Shown here one piece after another: positions 46,668-55,491 of a DNA stretch of 64,000 bases (position 1 is the first letter of the stretch; every line of letters begins with the position of its first letter). This DNA comes from Patescibacteria group bacterium. GTDB taxonomy: Bacteria > Patescibacteriota > Gracilibacteria > Peribacterales > Peribacteraceae. The stretch spans positions 13,958-77,957 of the forward strand of contig JAHIYH010000041.1 in the NCBI GenBank assembly GCA_018814875.1. The letters run 5' to 3'. The translations under genes were made by a program, and so were the position numbers. The notes beneath the pieces were generated by a model. The model saw nothing but the letters and a program-made list of their open reading frames with translations. It was not told where the DNA came from and searched no databases.

Positions 46668-46699
46668 AAAGTTAAAAGTGAAAAGTGAAAAGTTAAAAG

Positions 46700-46808
46700 T
46701 TAATCCGTGTAATCCGCTTAATCCATTTAATCCGCCTGCCCTTCCGTAGCCCAGCCTGCCCCTCGTAGCCAAGAGGCGAAGTGGGGAGGCGAAGGAGGGT
46801 GATTCAGA
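46700..46808. mobile_element. REP/MITE-like element E3 (forward core; right terminus GTGATTCAGAC)
   Basis: TAATCCG word arm, then the core CCGTAGCCCAGCCTGCCCCTCGTAGCCAAGAGGCGAAGTGGGGAGGCGAAGGAGGG, then the terminus. Confidence 0.55.
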
Positions 46809-46836
46809 CATTTTGGCTACAATTAGACAAATAATT

Positions 46837-46866
46837 TAGTTAAGTAATTGCGCAATTACTTAACTA
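46837..46866. promoter_or_regulatory. Perfect 30-bp palindrome TAGTTAAGTAATTGC|GCAATTACTTAACTA
   Basis: I verified that the two 15-nt halves are exact reverse complements. Its function (operator or hairpin) is unknown. Confidence 0.4.
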
Positions 46867-47166
46867 GTTATGACCTTTCGCACGAAAGGTATCAAAGGTA
46901 TCAACAGTAAAAAGTTTGCTAGGATGATTAATCAAATCAAATTTCCATTTTCTCAATCAGATAGTTTTGTTTGTTGTACGTTTTTTTCCATCCATCCACA
47001 GACCCTCCTCCGGAAGAGGGGTGGAGCTATGTTAAAAGTAGAAACAGGTTTTTTATTTGTATAGCAGAGCTCCATTTCCTTTATATGTGAAGGAAGGGGT
47101 CGCTTGTCCACCGTAGCCCAAAGGCGTAGGCGGAGGTGATGGAGGTTTTCACAGACAATCAAAAAA

Positions 47167-47193
47167 GACCAGAAGAAACCTCTGGCCTTTTTT
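47167..47193 (+). terminator. Terminator-like hairpin with flanking A and T runs
   Basis: The stem CCAGA/TCTGG has a 7-nt loop. It is preceded by AAAAAA and followed, after CC, by TTTTTT. Confidence 0.45.
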
Positions 47194-47238
47194 GTGTTTG
47201 TGTCTTGCTCCCTTGGCTATCAGAAGTATTAATACCGC

Positions 47239-47768
47239 TGAGCCTATATTATTTGAGGAAGCTGACTGAGAGGAGGAGCTCTCTAGCCTCTGCCTTGCTT
47301 AGGTTTCTTGTTTCTCCTCGCAACCGAACGAAGTCCCCGGACCAGGTACTCAAGGCAATGCACAAGGCAAAGGAGACCATGGGGAGTAAGGGATGCATAC
47401 CGCTAAGCGACCTCTCATCAACGGTACGTCATCACAGAGCAGAGAGGATGGGAGCCGTCCTGACCCGTGAGTTAAAGCATTTCCAGTTCCTCAGATAGAA
47501 CCTAAGTAATAAAGGTGGGTGACTGAGCGGAGATGCAACTTACAGGACCCGTTTGCGTCCGGTGCGTCCTCTCGAGAGGGTCGCACTAGGCGTCAATGGG
47601 TGTTAACCACCTTCGCCGAGGCTATGGTGGGCAAGGGGGGATTGGCTCCCCTCCTATCTACTCTTGGCCTGTCCCGCACAGATGAGAGTGGTGCGGGGTG
47701 GCAGCGGTGGTGTGAAGGATCTAAAGTGTTTGTTTGGTGGGGGGCGCCCCCCGTGTTTGTTTTTGTCT
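47239..47768 (+). ncRNA. Unassigned large structured RNA candidate (RNase P RNA-like boxes; identity unproven)
   Basis: This is a gene-free, visibly G+C-enriched segment.
- Possible promoter: TTGCTC-16-TATTAA (47205-47232).
- Strong + strand terminator: a GC-rich stem within GGGGGGCGCCCCCC (47739-47752) followed by a T-rich tract to about 47768.
- Boxes in RNase P order: GAAGCTGAC (47258), CGAAGTCCCCGG (47329), AGTAAGGG (47385), AGATAGAA (47493) and ACAGGACCCG (47542).
- I could not build a convincing P4 helix. Confidence 0.35.
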
Positions 47769-48030
47769 TTCTCTCTGTGTCTGATTTGTCCTGTTGTTTT
47801 TGTTATGAACAAATCCGCACATATTACGCATTCATCCAAAGGTGTGCAACTTTTACCCATAGCCAAGGGCTCAAATGCGTTTTGTGAATACATTTTGTGT
47901 ACGGTAATTAACCTAATGAATTTGTTGCTCTAGGATCTATTGAATGGAAATAAAAGAAATAAAGGCAATAAAAGAAACAGAAGAGTTCTCCTATATTGCT
48001 TTTATTTAATTTATTGCTTTTATTACATTT

Positions 48031-48165
48031 CTAATACAATCTAATCCATTCCATCGATCCTCCTCTTTGCTTGTATTCATACTGTGCAGCCTCCATATCT
48101 AAACGTGCTTCATCCAAGTTTTGTTGTGCTTCAATCATGTCTGACCATGCATCGTAGTACTTCAT
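48031..48165 (-). CDS. Small hypothetical ORF (44 aa), below the ORF-track cutoff
   Basis: ATG at 48165 and TAG at 48033-48031, encoding MKYYDAWSDMIEAQQNLDEARLDMEAAQYEYKQRGGSMEWIRLY. It is bracketed by word palindromes, as real genes in this window are. Confidence 0.3.
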   Translation of the reverse strand: MKYYDAWSDMIEAQQNLDEARLDMEAAQYEYKQRGGSMEWIRLY

Positions 48166-48167
48166 AC

Positions 48168-48320
48168 AGCTATCAACATTCAACAATCAACCTTCAACAT
48201 TCAACCTTCAACATTCAACAATCAACATTCAACATTCAACCTTCAACAATGTTGTTGATAGTTGAAAGCATAGCGTGTTGATAGTTGATTGTTGCTATGA
48301 TAGTTGATTGTTGCTAGTTG
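48168..48320. repeat. Intergenic word palindrome (CAACATTCAAC vs GTTGATAGTTG)
   Basis: Tandem words are followed by reverse-complement words. Confidence 0.85.
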
Positions 48321-48791
48321 TTAGTTGCATTCTCCCCAAAGCCCCAGATTACTTTCTTGCGCCCTATGTTCTAGTTCCTTATATATCTCGCTACGGGGGT
48401 GGGGGAACAGTGGATAGTTTCTGGCAAAGCCTGAGTAGATCATTTGTCCTCCAATATCGATTTCATCTACAGAGAGATATCTGAGTAAACGGTCATATTT
48501 ATCACGATTCTCATCGATCTTGCTTTCGAGTATTGCTCGTTTTCCTTCAGCAAGCTCCCGCATTTTCTCCGTTGCCTGATCGCCAAAGCATTCATCCTTT
48601 TCCGGTGCATCTATTCCTACAATGCGGATATATTCCATCTTCCCCTTCAAGAGTACAGTGACAGTGTCTCCATCAACTATGCGTAAAATAATTGCTTCCT
48701 CTTTGGGAGGAGTAGTGGGGAGTGATGGTTGCGTGTTTGGTTGGCACGAGACTAACAAGATTGTGGCTGAGATAAGAACTATTTTTTTCAT
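48321..48791 (-). CDS. Thermonuclease (staphylococcal nuclease-like) lipoprotein
   Basis: I start at MKKIVLISATILLVSC (lipobox). The SNase core is V.DGDT ... IR..GIDAPE ... R.LRY. Confidence 0.85.
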   Translation of the reverse strand: MKKIVLISATILLVSCQPNTQPSLPTTPPKEEAIILRIVDGDTVTVLLKGKMEYIRIVGIDAPEKDECFGDQATEKMRELAEGKRAILESKIDENRDKYDRLLRYLSVDEIDIGGQMIYSGFARNYPLFPHPRSEIYKELEHRAQESNLGLWGECN

Positions 48792-48808
48792 GTTGATAGT
48801 GTACATGC

Positions 48809-50026
48809 CTAGAGCCCTAGTACCATCCAAACCTTAAACCCTACAAAGCAAACAATCGTCACAAATCCAAACAGCGAGAAGGCAAATGGGAAGATTGTAA
48901 CCCCCTTGGGATGTGGATCGCGGATCTTAACACGCATACATGCCAGATTCACAATTGCGAAGATTATAAGAATGATAAAGCTGGTGAACTGCGCCAAGGC
49001 AGTCAGATTGAATCCCAAAGCAAGAACCAAAATAAGGACGGTGACTAGAATCGTCGCGTTAATGGGAGTGTTTGTGTGTGGGTTTACTTTGGAAAGACAA
49101 TCAGGAAGCCAGTCTTTTCGGCTCAAACTAAATAGGATGCGTGATCCCATGATGATCTGCACCAGAAGTCCGTTAACAATTGCAAAGAGTCCGATGAAAG
49201 TAATAACGATCGGCGAGGATCCGGTGTTTTGAGTGTAGATAAGTGCGAGTGGCGCATCGGTTGCCTGAAGTTGAGCTGCCGGCAGGCTCAGTACAGCAAT
49301 AACTGCCACGATACAATAAAGGAATGTAGAACTTGCGATTGCTATTAGAATTCCTAAAGGAAGATTCCTGTGTGGATTTTCTACTTCTTCTGCCACATTG
49401 GCCATATCTTCAAATCCAATGAATGCATAGAACGCAATAAATGCGCCGGACATGATTCCTCCCCAGAGTGCTGTGTCCGATGTAGGAATAAACTCAGACG
49501 CGCGAGAGGGGAATGACATCAGTCCTTCTCTGCCAACCCAGATAATCAGAAGCAATCCAGAAATCTCAATCATAGTAAGAACAGTTGCGGCCATCGCTGA
49601 CTCCTTGATTCCCCATGCAGCGATTAGTGCTGCAATAAGTACGGTTATAGAAATTGCTATGTTAGCGGGGATTGCGACGAATACTTGAAGGTACCCTACA
49701 AATGCATTTGTAAGTGCAGCAGAGGAAACTATTGCCGAAAGTACTACCAAAAGTCCTATGACAGTAGAGAGCGCAGGGATTCCAAAGGCGTGTGCTGTGT
49801 AAATCGCTTCACCACCACTTTTTGGATAGCGAGCAGATAGTTCTGCATACGCAAATCCTGTGAGTCCTGCGAGGATTGCTGCAACGATAAAGGCAACCGG
49901 AGTAAAAAAACCAGCTTCACCTGCAACTTTTCCAACTAAAGCATAAATACCAGCTCCTAGGATTGAACCAAGTCCGTAGAATGTGAATAACGGGAGATTA
50001 AGGCGGCGCTTGAGTTGAGCGGACAT
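48809..50026 (-). CDS. APC-superfamily amino acid permease
   Basis: 405 aa with about 11-12 TM segments. The N-terminus LF.FYGLGSILGAGIY.L.G is typical of the family. Confidence 0.85.
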   Translation of the reverse strand: MSAQLKRRLNLPLFTFYGLGSILGAGIYALVGKVAGEAGFFTPVAFIVAAILAGLTGFAYAELSARYPKSGGEAIYTAHAFGIPALSTVIGLLVVLSAIVSSAALTNAFVGYLQVFVAIPANIAISITVLIAALIAAWGIKESAMAATVLTMIEISGLLLIIWVGREGLMSFPSRASEFIPTSDTALWGGIMSGAFIAFYAFIGFEDMANVAEEVENPHRNLPLGILIAIASSTFLYCIVAVIAVLSLPAAQLQATDAPLALIYTQNTGSSPIVITFIGLFAIVNGLLVQIIMGSRILFSLSRKDWLPDCLSKVNPHTNTPINATILVTVLILVLALGFNLTALAQFTSFIILIIFAIVNLACMRVKIRDPHPKGVTIFPFAFSLFGFVTIVCFVGFKVWMVLGL

Positions 50027-50120
50027 AATAATAAGTGAAAAGTTAATAGCTATTAGCTATTAGCTAATAGTGAAAAGGGTACATGGTTTCGGGGTACATC
50101 ACAAAATCGTAGCTGCATTG

Positions 50121-50270
50121 TCTGGAACTAGGATTAGAAGGATTTATGGATTACTAGGATTAATAATCCTGTTAATCCTTACTTGTCGGCCGTAGCCAAG
50201 CCTGCCCCTCGTAGCCAAGAGGCGAAGTGGGGAGGCGAAGGCTGATAATCATGTAAATCCTAGTTCCGGA
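50121..50270. mobile_element. REP/MITE-like element E4 (termini CTGGAACTAGG ... CCTAGTTCCGG; forward core)
   Basis: GGATTA-type word arms surround the core CGGCCGTAGCCAAGCCTGCCCCTCGTAGCCAAGAGGCGAAGTGGGGAGGCGAAGGCTG. Confidence 0.55.
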
Positions 50271-50272
50271 CC

Positions 50273-51583
50273 CTACCACTTACTAGGATCTATCCCAGGG
50301 CATTGGAAGTTCTGACATAGCTCCTTCACTTCACCTTCGATGCGCTGGAGAATGGAATCGTTATCAGCATTTGCGAGGGCTTCGTTCATCCAGTCACCCA
50401 GCTTCTCCATTTCAGCTTCCTTCATTCCACGCGAAGTCATAGATGGTGTACCAATTCGAATTCCAGATGGATTGAATGGGGACTTCTTATCAAACGGAAC
50501 CAAATTGCAGTTGCAGACGATACCGGCTTTATCCAGAGCACGGGAAGCATCGCGGCCTAGAATTCCCTTGGATTCAAAGACTTCCATAAGAATCAGGTGA
50601 TTATCCGTTCCGCCAGAGACGAGCCGGAAGCCGTGCTTCAGTAATCTCTCTGCCAGTGCTTTGGCATTCTTTACTACTTGTTCGGCATACACTTTGAACT
50701 CGGGTGTTTGAGATTCTTTTAGAGCTACAGCAATACCAGAGATGGTATGGAGGTGTGGTCCTCCCTGAATACCTGGGATAATTGCCTTATTCACTGCCTC
50801 TGCATTTTCTTCTTTGCAGAGGATCATCGCACCGCGTGGACCGCGAAGTGTTTTGTGTGTTGTAGTGATTCCTGTATCTGCGATAGGGAATGGATTTGGA
50901 TGCTGACCTCCAACGATAAGACCTGTGATATGTGATGTATCTGCGTGGAACTTTGCACCGACCTCATCGCAAATCTCGCGGAATTTGGTCCAATCAATAA
51001 TACGTGGGTAGGCGGTGTAACCGGCAATAATGAGCTGTGGTTTTACTTCCAGTGCCAGTTCCCGAATTTTGTCGTAGTTGAGCATTTCTGTCTTAGGGTC
51101 TAGTTCGTATGGTACGGAATTGTAAAGTGAGCCGGAAAAGTTAGATTTCCATCCGTGTGTAAGGTGTCCTCCATGTGGTAGCGAAAGCCCCATGATAGTG
51201 TCGCCTGGTTTTAGAATTGCCCGATAAGATGCCATGTTTGCTGGGCTTCCAGAGTGAGGTTGTACGTTGACATGATCCACTCCAAAAATCTTCTTTGCAC
51301 GATCACATGCCAGTGCCTCTAATAGGTCTGTGACCTGTTGCCCTTCGTAATAGCGCTTTTTTGGGTAACCTTCGGAGTACTTGTTAGTAAAGATACTTCC
51401 GGTTGCTTCTCTAACAGCGTGTGATGCGTAGTTCTCGGAAGGAATCAGACGTAGTTTATTAAACTCGCGTTTCTCTTCCTGAATAATCAGATCTCGAATC
51501 TCGGGATCGGTCTTTTCTAGAGCAGGTAGGTACGTCATAGTTGAGGTTTTGGTAGGGGGTGGAGGAGTGGTGACAGGATTCAT
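50273..51583 (-). CDS. glyA: Serine hydroxymethyltransferase
   Basis: SENY.S..V ... YSEGYP..RYY.G ... NVQPHSGS.AN ... TTTHKTLRGPRG. An alternative start (MTYLPALEK) is at 51538. Confidence 0.95.
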   Translation of the reverse strand: MNPVTTPPPPTKTSTMTYLPALEKTDPEIRDLIIQEEKREFNKLRLIPSENYASHAVREATGSIFTNKYSEGYPKKRYYEGQQVTDLLEALACDRAKKIFGVDHVNVQPHSGSPANMASYRAILKPGDTIMGLSLPHGGHLTHGWKSNFSGSLYNSVPYELDPKTEMLNYDKIRELALEVKPQLIIAGYTAYPRIIDWTKFREICDEVGAKFHADTSHITGLIVGGQHPNPFPIADTGITTTHKTLRGPRGAMILCKEENAEAVNKAIIPGIQGGPHLHTISGIAVALKESQTPEFKVYAEQVVKNAKALAERLLKHGFRLVSGGTDNHLILMEVFESKGILGRDASRALDKAGIVCNCNLVPFDKKSPFNPSGIRIGTPSMTSRGMKEAEMEKLGDWMNEALANADNDSILQRIEGEVKELCQNFQCPGIDPSKW

Positions 51584-51730
51584 AGTACTGTAAGACTATC
51601 GAACATTACCCCTCTGCTACAAGAGTTATGAATACAAATAGTAGCCGAGAAATGCGTTAATTCGTTACTTCGTTATCTCATTACCACGTTACACGTTTAC
51701 GAAGTAACGAAGTAACGAGATAACGAATCG

Positions 51731-52345
51731 TCAGTGTGCAGTGATAACATCATCCATCCTCTGATCATGTTCCTCCGTAGGAACCTCATCTACCATCTGG
51801 CAATCAAAAGCGATTCCCAACATCTTTGTTTTAGGATTTATTTTTCGTTGTCCTTCGATCCACTTATCATATCCTCCTTTTCCTCTGCCCAGACGATTCC
51901 CTTGTGTGTCAAAAGCACGACCGGGTACTAGTACAACATCAATAGCTGAAGGATTAGCTACTTTGAAGCTTGCAGGTGGTTCGAGGACGGAAAAAGCACC
52001 CTCTTCAAGTTCATCTAAGTTCTGAATATTATGGAACGTAATCGAATCATTTGAATAACGTGGTAGAAAAACCTGATCACCGCGAGTTATAAGTTCTTTG
52101 ATCAGTTCTGTGAGGCTTACTTCTGTTGGAAGTGCTGCGTATGCACAGACAACTGATCCTTTGGGGATGAGATTGAGTAGTTTTTTACAAATAGTATGAC
52201 TTTCGGTTATTCGATCTTCTTCAGATATGTTTTTTATTCTTTCCTCGATGGATTTTCTTATTAGTTCCTTTTCTTCGAATGTAGTCATGTGACGTCTACA
52301 TTGTTCTATTGCTTCATTGTTCGCAAGCGATTCTCTTGGATTCAT
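51731..52345 (-). CDS. 5-formyltetrahydrofolate cyclo-ligase
   Basis: 204 aa. ...LP.E......I ... VLVPG.AFD..G.RLGRGKGGYD motif. Confidence 0.85.
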   Translation of the reverse strand: MNPRESLANNEAIEQCRRHMTTFEEKELIRKSIEERIKNISEEDRITESHTICKKLLNLIPKGSVVCAYAALPTEVSLTELIKELITRGDQVFLPRYSNDSITFHNIQNLDELEEGAFSVLEPPASFKVANPSAIDVVLVPGRAFDTQGNRLGRGKGGYDKWIEGQRKINPKTKMLGIAFDCQMVDEVPTEEHDQRMDDVITAH

Positions 52346-52413
52346 TTAACAATGAAACAATGGAGCAATAGAACAGTTGTCTCTTTCTTGAATTGACATA
52401 GCCATGCAGGTTT

Positions 52414-53925
52414 TTAGAAGATCTCAGCTGCCGCTTCTGCCAAATCCACATCCGGCTGTGGCTGTTCGTTTACAGGTACACCATCGCCTATCACGCATAC
52501 GAGCTTGAGTGAATGTCTTAGAATCTTGTTCATTACCTCTTCGATCTTTCTGCTAGCCTCGGTATTAGCCACTTTGTCTTTATGAAAAGAAGATGTGAAT
52601 CCAACTGTTAAGGTTTTATCGTTAACCGAGATCAGCTCTGCGTTCTTCAGGGACATTTTCACGGGTGCGGGGGATGTTTCATTCACAATCTGAGGCCAGA
52701 GTTCCTTTAGATTCTCTAGGTTTAGCTCCACTGCTTCAACGCTCGCTTCTTTTAATTCTTTGCCAACTTCTTGTGCCGGCTCGTTTTGTACTTCTTCATT
52801 TTCTACTTCTTTAGATATCTCTTCTTTCCCCTTTTTATGTTTCTGTGGTTCCTCCTCCTTTGGTCGTGAGAGCCTTTCCTTATCTTTTTTGCCAGTCTTG
52901 AGTTCTGCCGAAGGGGCTTCTTCCAATGGTGAGCATAGTGATAGCAGTGCAGACTCTAAAATAAGGCCGGGCACAGGTGCAATGCGTACATCTCGGATGG
53001 CTTTTAGGAACTTGTCCAAAATATGCTGAAGGAATTGAGTGGACTGATTTTTTTCTATAGCTTCGTGCAACATTTCACGTGTGGTATTAAGGAGCATTCG
53101 CAGAAAAACGTCCAAAGCGATTCCTGCCTCTTCGATCTTGCGTACAATTTCGATAATTTCCTTTGAATCGTGATTGTCTATGGCCACAAAGAGTGGCTCT
53201 AAATATTCGCTACCGGTCTTTCCCATATTCTGTTCTACATCTTCCGCTGTAATCTTAGGAAGTGTGCGTATCTGATCTATCATGGAAATAGCATCTCTCA
53301 TCCCTCCCTGTGCGTGATGTGCAATGGATCTCAACGCTTCTCTTTCTATTGTTATATGTTCTTGGTCAGCAATGAACTGCAGACGCCGGATTATGTCTTC
53401 TTCTGGGATCCTGCGGAATGGGAAGCACTGACATCGTGATTGAATAGTTGCAGGAATCTTATTGAGTTCTGTTGTAGCCAAAATAAAGAAGGCATAAGAA
53501 GGAGGTTCTTCTAAAGTTTTTAGGAGTGCATTAAAAGCTTCCTTTGTGAGCATATGTACCTCGTCAATGATGTATACCTTTGTACTTGCAACAACAGGAG
53601 AGAATTGAATTTTTTCGATCAAATCACGAACATCATCAATTCCACGATTGCTTGCAGCATCTATTTCCAAGAGGTCAACGATATTGCCTTCTTCCACTCC
53701 TTTGATGATTTGCTTTCTGATTATTTCGTCTTGGATACCATTGGTCATTAATACCTTTGCCAAGATACGTGCGACTGAAGTTTTACCGGTTCCACGGCTT
53801 CCGGCAAATAGAAAAGCATGTGCCAGCTTATCCTGCTCCGCAGCCTGTTCCAGTGTTGTCACTACTGCGTCTTGACCAACTACTTCGGCAAATGTTTGAG
53901 GCCGGTACTTGCGGTATAAGGACAT
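52414..53925 (-). CDS. dnaX: DNA polymerase III subunit gamma/tau
   Basis: YRP..F.EVVGQ, Walker A GSRGTGKTS, IIDEVHMLT and the SRCQ sensor motif. The acidic/basic C-terminal region is divergent. Confidence 0.93.
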   Translation of the reverse strand: MSLYRKYRPQTFAEVVGQDAVVTTLEQAAEQDKLAHAFLFAGSRGTGKTSVARILAKVLMTNGIQDEIIRKQIIKGVEEGNIVDLLEIDAASNRGIDDVRDLIEKIQFSPVVASTKVYIIDEVHMLTKEAFNALLKTLEEPPSYAFFILATTELNKIPATIQSRCQCFPFRRIPEEDIIRRLQFIADQEHITIEREALRSIAHHAQGGMRDAISMIDQIRTLPKITAEDVEQNMGKTGSEYLEPLFVAIDNHDSKEIIEIVRKIEEAGIALDVFLRMLLNTTREMLHEAIEKNQSTQFLQHILDKFLKAIRDVRIAPVPGLILESALLSLCSPLEEAPSAELKTGKKDKERLSRPKEEEPQKHKKGKEEISKEVENEEVQNEPAQEVGKELKEASVEAVELNLENLKELWPQIVNETSPAPVKMSLKNAELISVNDKTLTVGFTSSFHKDKVANTEASRKIEEVMNKILRHSLKLVCVIGDGVPVNEQPQPDVDLAEAAAEIF

Positions 53926-54093
53926 TGGGAGGATGAGTGTACCTCATTAAATGGGAATGAAGAATGAAAAATGCAGGGGAAATGAAAAATGAAGAATTAA
54001 GAATGAAGAATGCCGTTTATATGAGAAAAAGGTACAATACTCTTGCTTAAGAGCTTGATTTTTCATTTTTCATTTTTCATTATTCACTTCTCT

Positions 54094-54678
54094 ATGCGAA
54101 AAAAATTAACGTCACTGACTCTCGTATTTCTATTAATGGGCTGCAATGGTGGTATCTCAAAAGAATCTAGTAAAATTCCTATGGGAAATCCAAACGGAGT
54201 GGTCACGATTTTGGAATATTCTGATTTGGAATGTCCTGCATGCAGGGTCGCACATGCTGGTGCAATTGTTCCTCTCATGAAAAAGTATGGAAATGTAGTG
54301 CGTTTAGAATTCAAACAATTCCCACTTAGAACTATTCATCGTTTTGCGATGGATGCGGCTGAATCTAGTGAGTGTGCAGCAGATCAGGGAAAATTCTGGG
54401 AGTTTATTGATATTGCATACGAACATCAGGTTGATTTGGGATACGATGCACTTTTGGATTGGGCGTCTCAACTACAGTTGGATGTTCCTGTCTTCGAAAA
54501 ATGCTGGAAGTCGCATGCAAAGAGGGGAGTTGTTCTTGCAGATTATGAAGAAGGGCGTGATTTGGGAGTTGGCGGCACGCCATCCTTTTTTGTGAATGGA
54601 GAAAAAGTAGTACCGGGGTTTGATACGCTAAGTGCTGCGGTCGAGAAGGTGTTGAAACAGTATGAGCAAAGACTGTAA
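54094..54678 (+). CDS. DsbA-family thiol:disulfide oxidoreductase lipoprotein
   Basis: I start at MRKKLTSLTLVFLLMGC (lipobox). The CPAC active site sits in a thioredoxin-like fold. Confidence 0.85.
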   Translation: MRKKLTSLTLVFLLMGCNGGISKESSKIPMGNPNGVVTILEYSDLECPACRVAHAGAIVPLMKKYGNVVRLEFKQFPLRTIHRFAMDAAESSECAADQGKFWEFIDIAYEHQVDLGYDALLDWASQLQLDVPVFEKCWKSHAKRGVVLADYEEGRDLGVGGTPSFFVNGEKVVPGFDTLSAAVEKVLKQYEQRL

Positions 54679-54680
54679 TG

Positions 54681-54827
54681 ACAGTTAACAATTAACACGC
54701 TTCGCTTTTAACAGTTAACAATTAACACGCTCATCCCGCTAACTTGTGGTGAGATTAGTCGAACCACGCGGGATTCGCTTTTAACGACTCCGTTAAATGT
54801 TAACTGTTAATTGTTAAATGTTAACTG
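54681..54827. repeat. Intergenic word palindrome (ACAGTTAACAATTAACAC arms) with a GC hairpin core
   Basis: Two direct arm copies precede the core ATCCCGC..GCGGGAT, followed by reverse-complement arms. Confidence 0.85.
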
Positions 54828-55412
54828 TTACTCGTAGAGTTGCCCAAACCCATACAGCCTATCCAATTCAGTATCCCAGAATACGATTGATCTAAAAGTG
54901 GATGTATCAATCGTTGGATCAATTGTGTAACGCTGATGCCCGAGTGGAGATTGTAGCGGTCCTATATTGATACTTGATGCATCTGGGAAATCTTTGTCAC
55001 GTGGATCGACTATTTTCGAAAGGAAAATCGAAAGTCCTGGGCCAGGATCTGATTCGAAAGATGGTCCTATGTAGAGAGTATTATTTAGGATGAGTATTTC
55101 TCCCATTAAGTATTCTTTTACTCCAATTAATTCTGCATGTGTTCCTTCACGTTGAAGATTTCGTGCTTCTCGGTCTGCTTCCATCCAATTGGCTTTTGCC
55201 TTTTCTATCATTTTACGTTTTTCTTCATTTTCCAGAATTGGGTCCTTATCAATTTCAAGTTCGGTAAGCCGTCCAACTAGCATTTTGGCATAATATTCGG
55301 CAAAGAGAGGGTTCTGGAGACGCTCTGCCAATGCCATGCTTCCATCACCATTTTTTTGTGAGCATGCTGTAAATAGAAGTGAAAGTGTGGCGAGTGCGAG
55401 TAGACGTTTCAT
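54828..55412 (-). CDS. DM13-domain-like lipoprotein
   Basis: I start at MKRLLALATLSLLFTAC (lipobox). The C-terminal ...SFESDPGPGLSIFLS ... IGPLQSPLGHQRYTI ... IVFWD..L...YGFG.L resembles the DM13 pattern. Confidence 0.6.
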   Translation of the reverse strand: MKRLLALATLSLLFTACSQKNGDGSMALAERLQNPLFAEYYAKMLVGRLTELEIDKDPILENEEKRKMIEKAKANWMEADREARNLQREGTHAELIGVKEYLMGEILILNNTLYIGPSFESDPGPGLSIFLSKIVDPRDKDFPDASSINIGPLQSPLGHQRYTIDPTIDTSTFRSIVFWDTELDRLYGFGQLYE

Positions 55413-55491
55413 AGATGAATATGGGGAGAGTGCAGTATCATTGTTCCATAGTTCCATTGTTCGCAAGCGATTATCATATTTTTCTGCATAG

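Noticed and set aside
47258-47551. A confident call of RNase P RNA (rnpB).
   Set aside because: Five short boxes resemble the bacterial consensus in the right order. However, I could not pair a proper P4 helix or a P1 closing stem, and the transcript would be unusually long. It is kept only as a low-confidence hypothesis.
47136-47887. Track ORFs of 120 aa (47136-47498), 122 aa (47519-47887) and 79-89 aa in the gene-free region.
   Set aside because: They have Arg/Ser/Gly/Leu-rich composition and run through hairpins and a terminator. They overlap each other on both strands. This is typical of spurious ORFs in G+C-rich structured RNA.
53030-53060. A dnaX programmed -1 frameshift at the A-rich run GAAAAAAAT.
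   Set aside because: The site lies inside domain III, far from where gamma normally ends. No downstream stimulatory hairpin is obvious, and the -1 frame continues for about 15 codons. It is probably coincidental.
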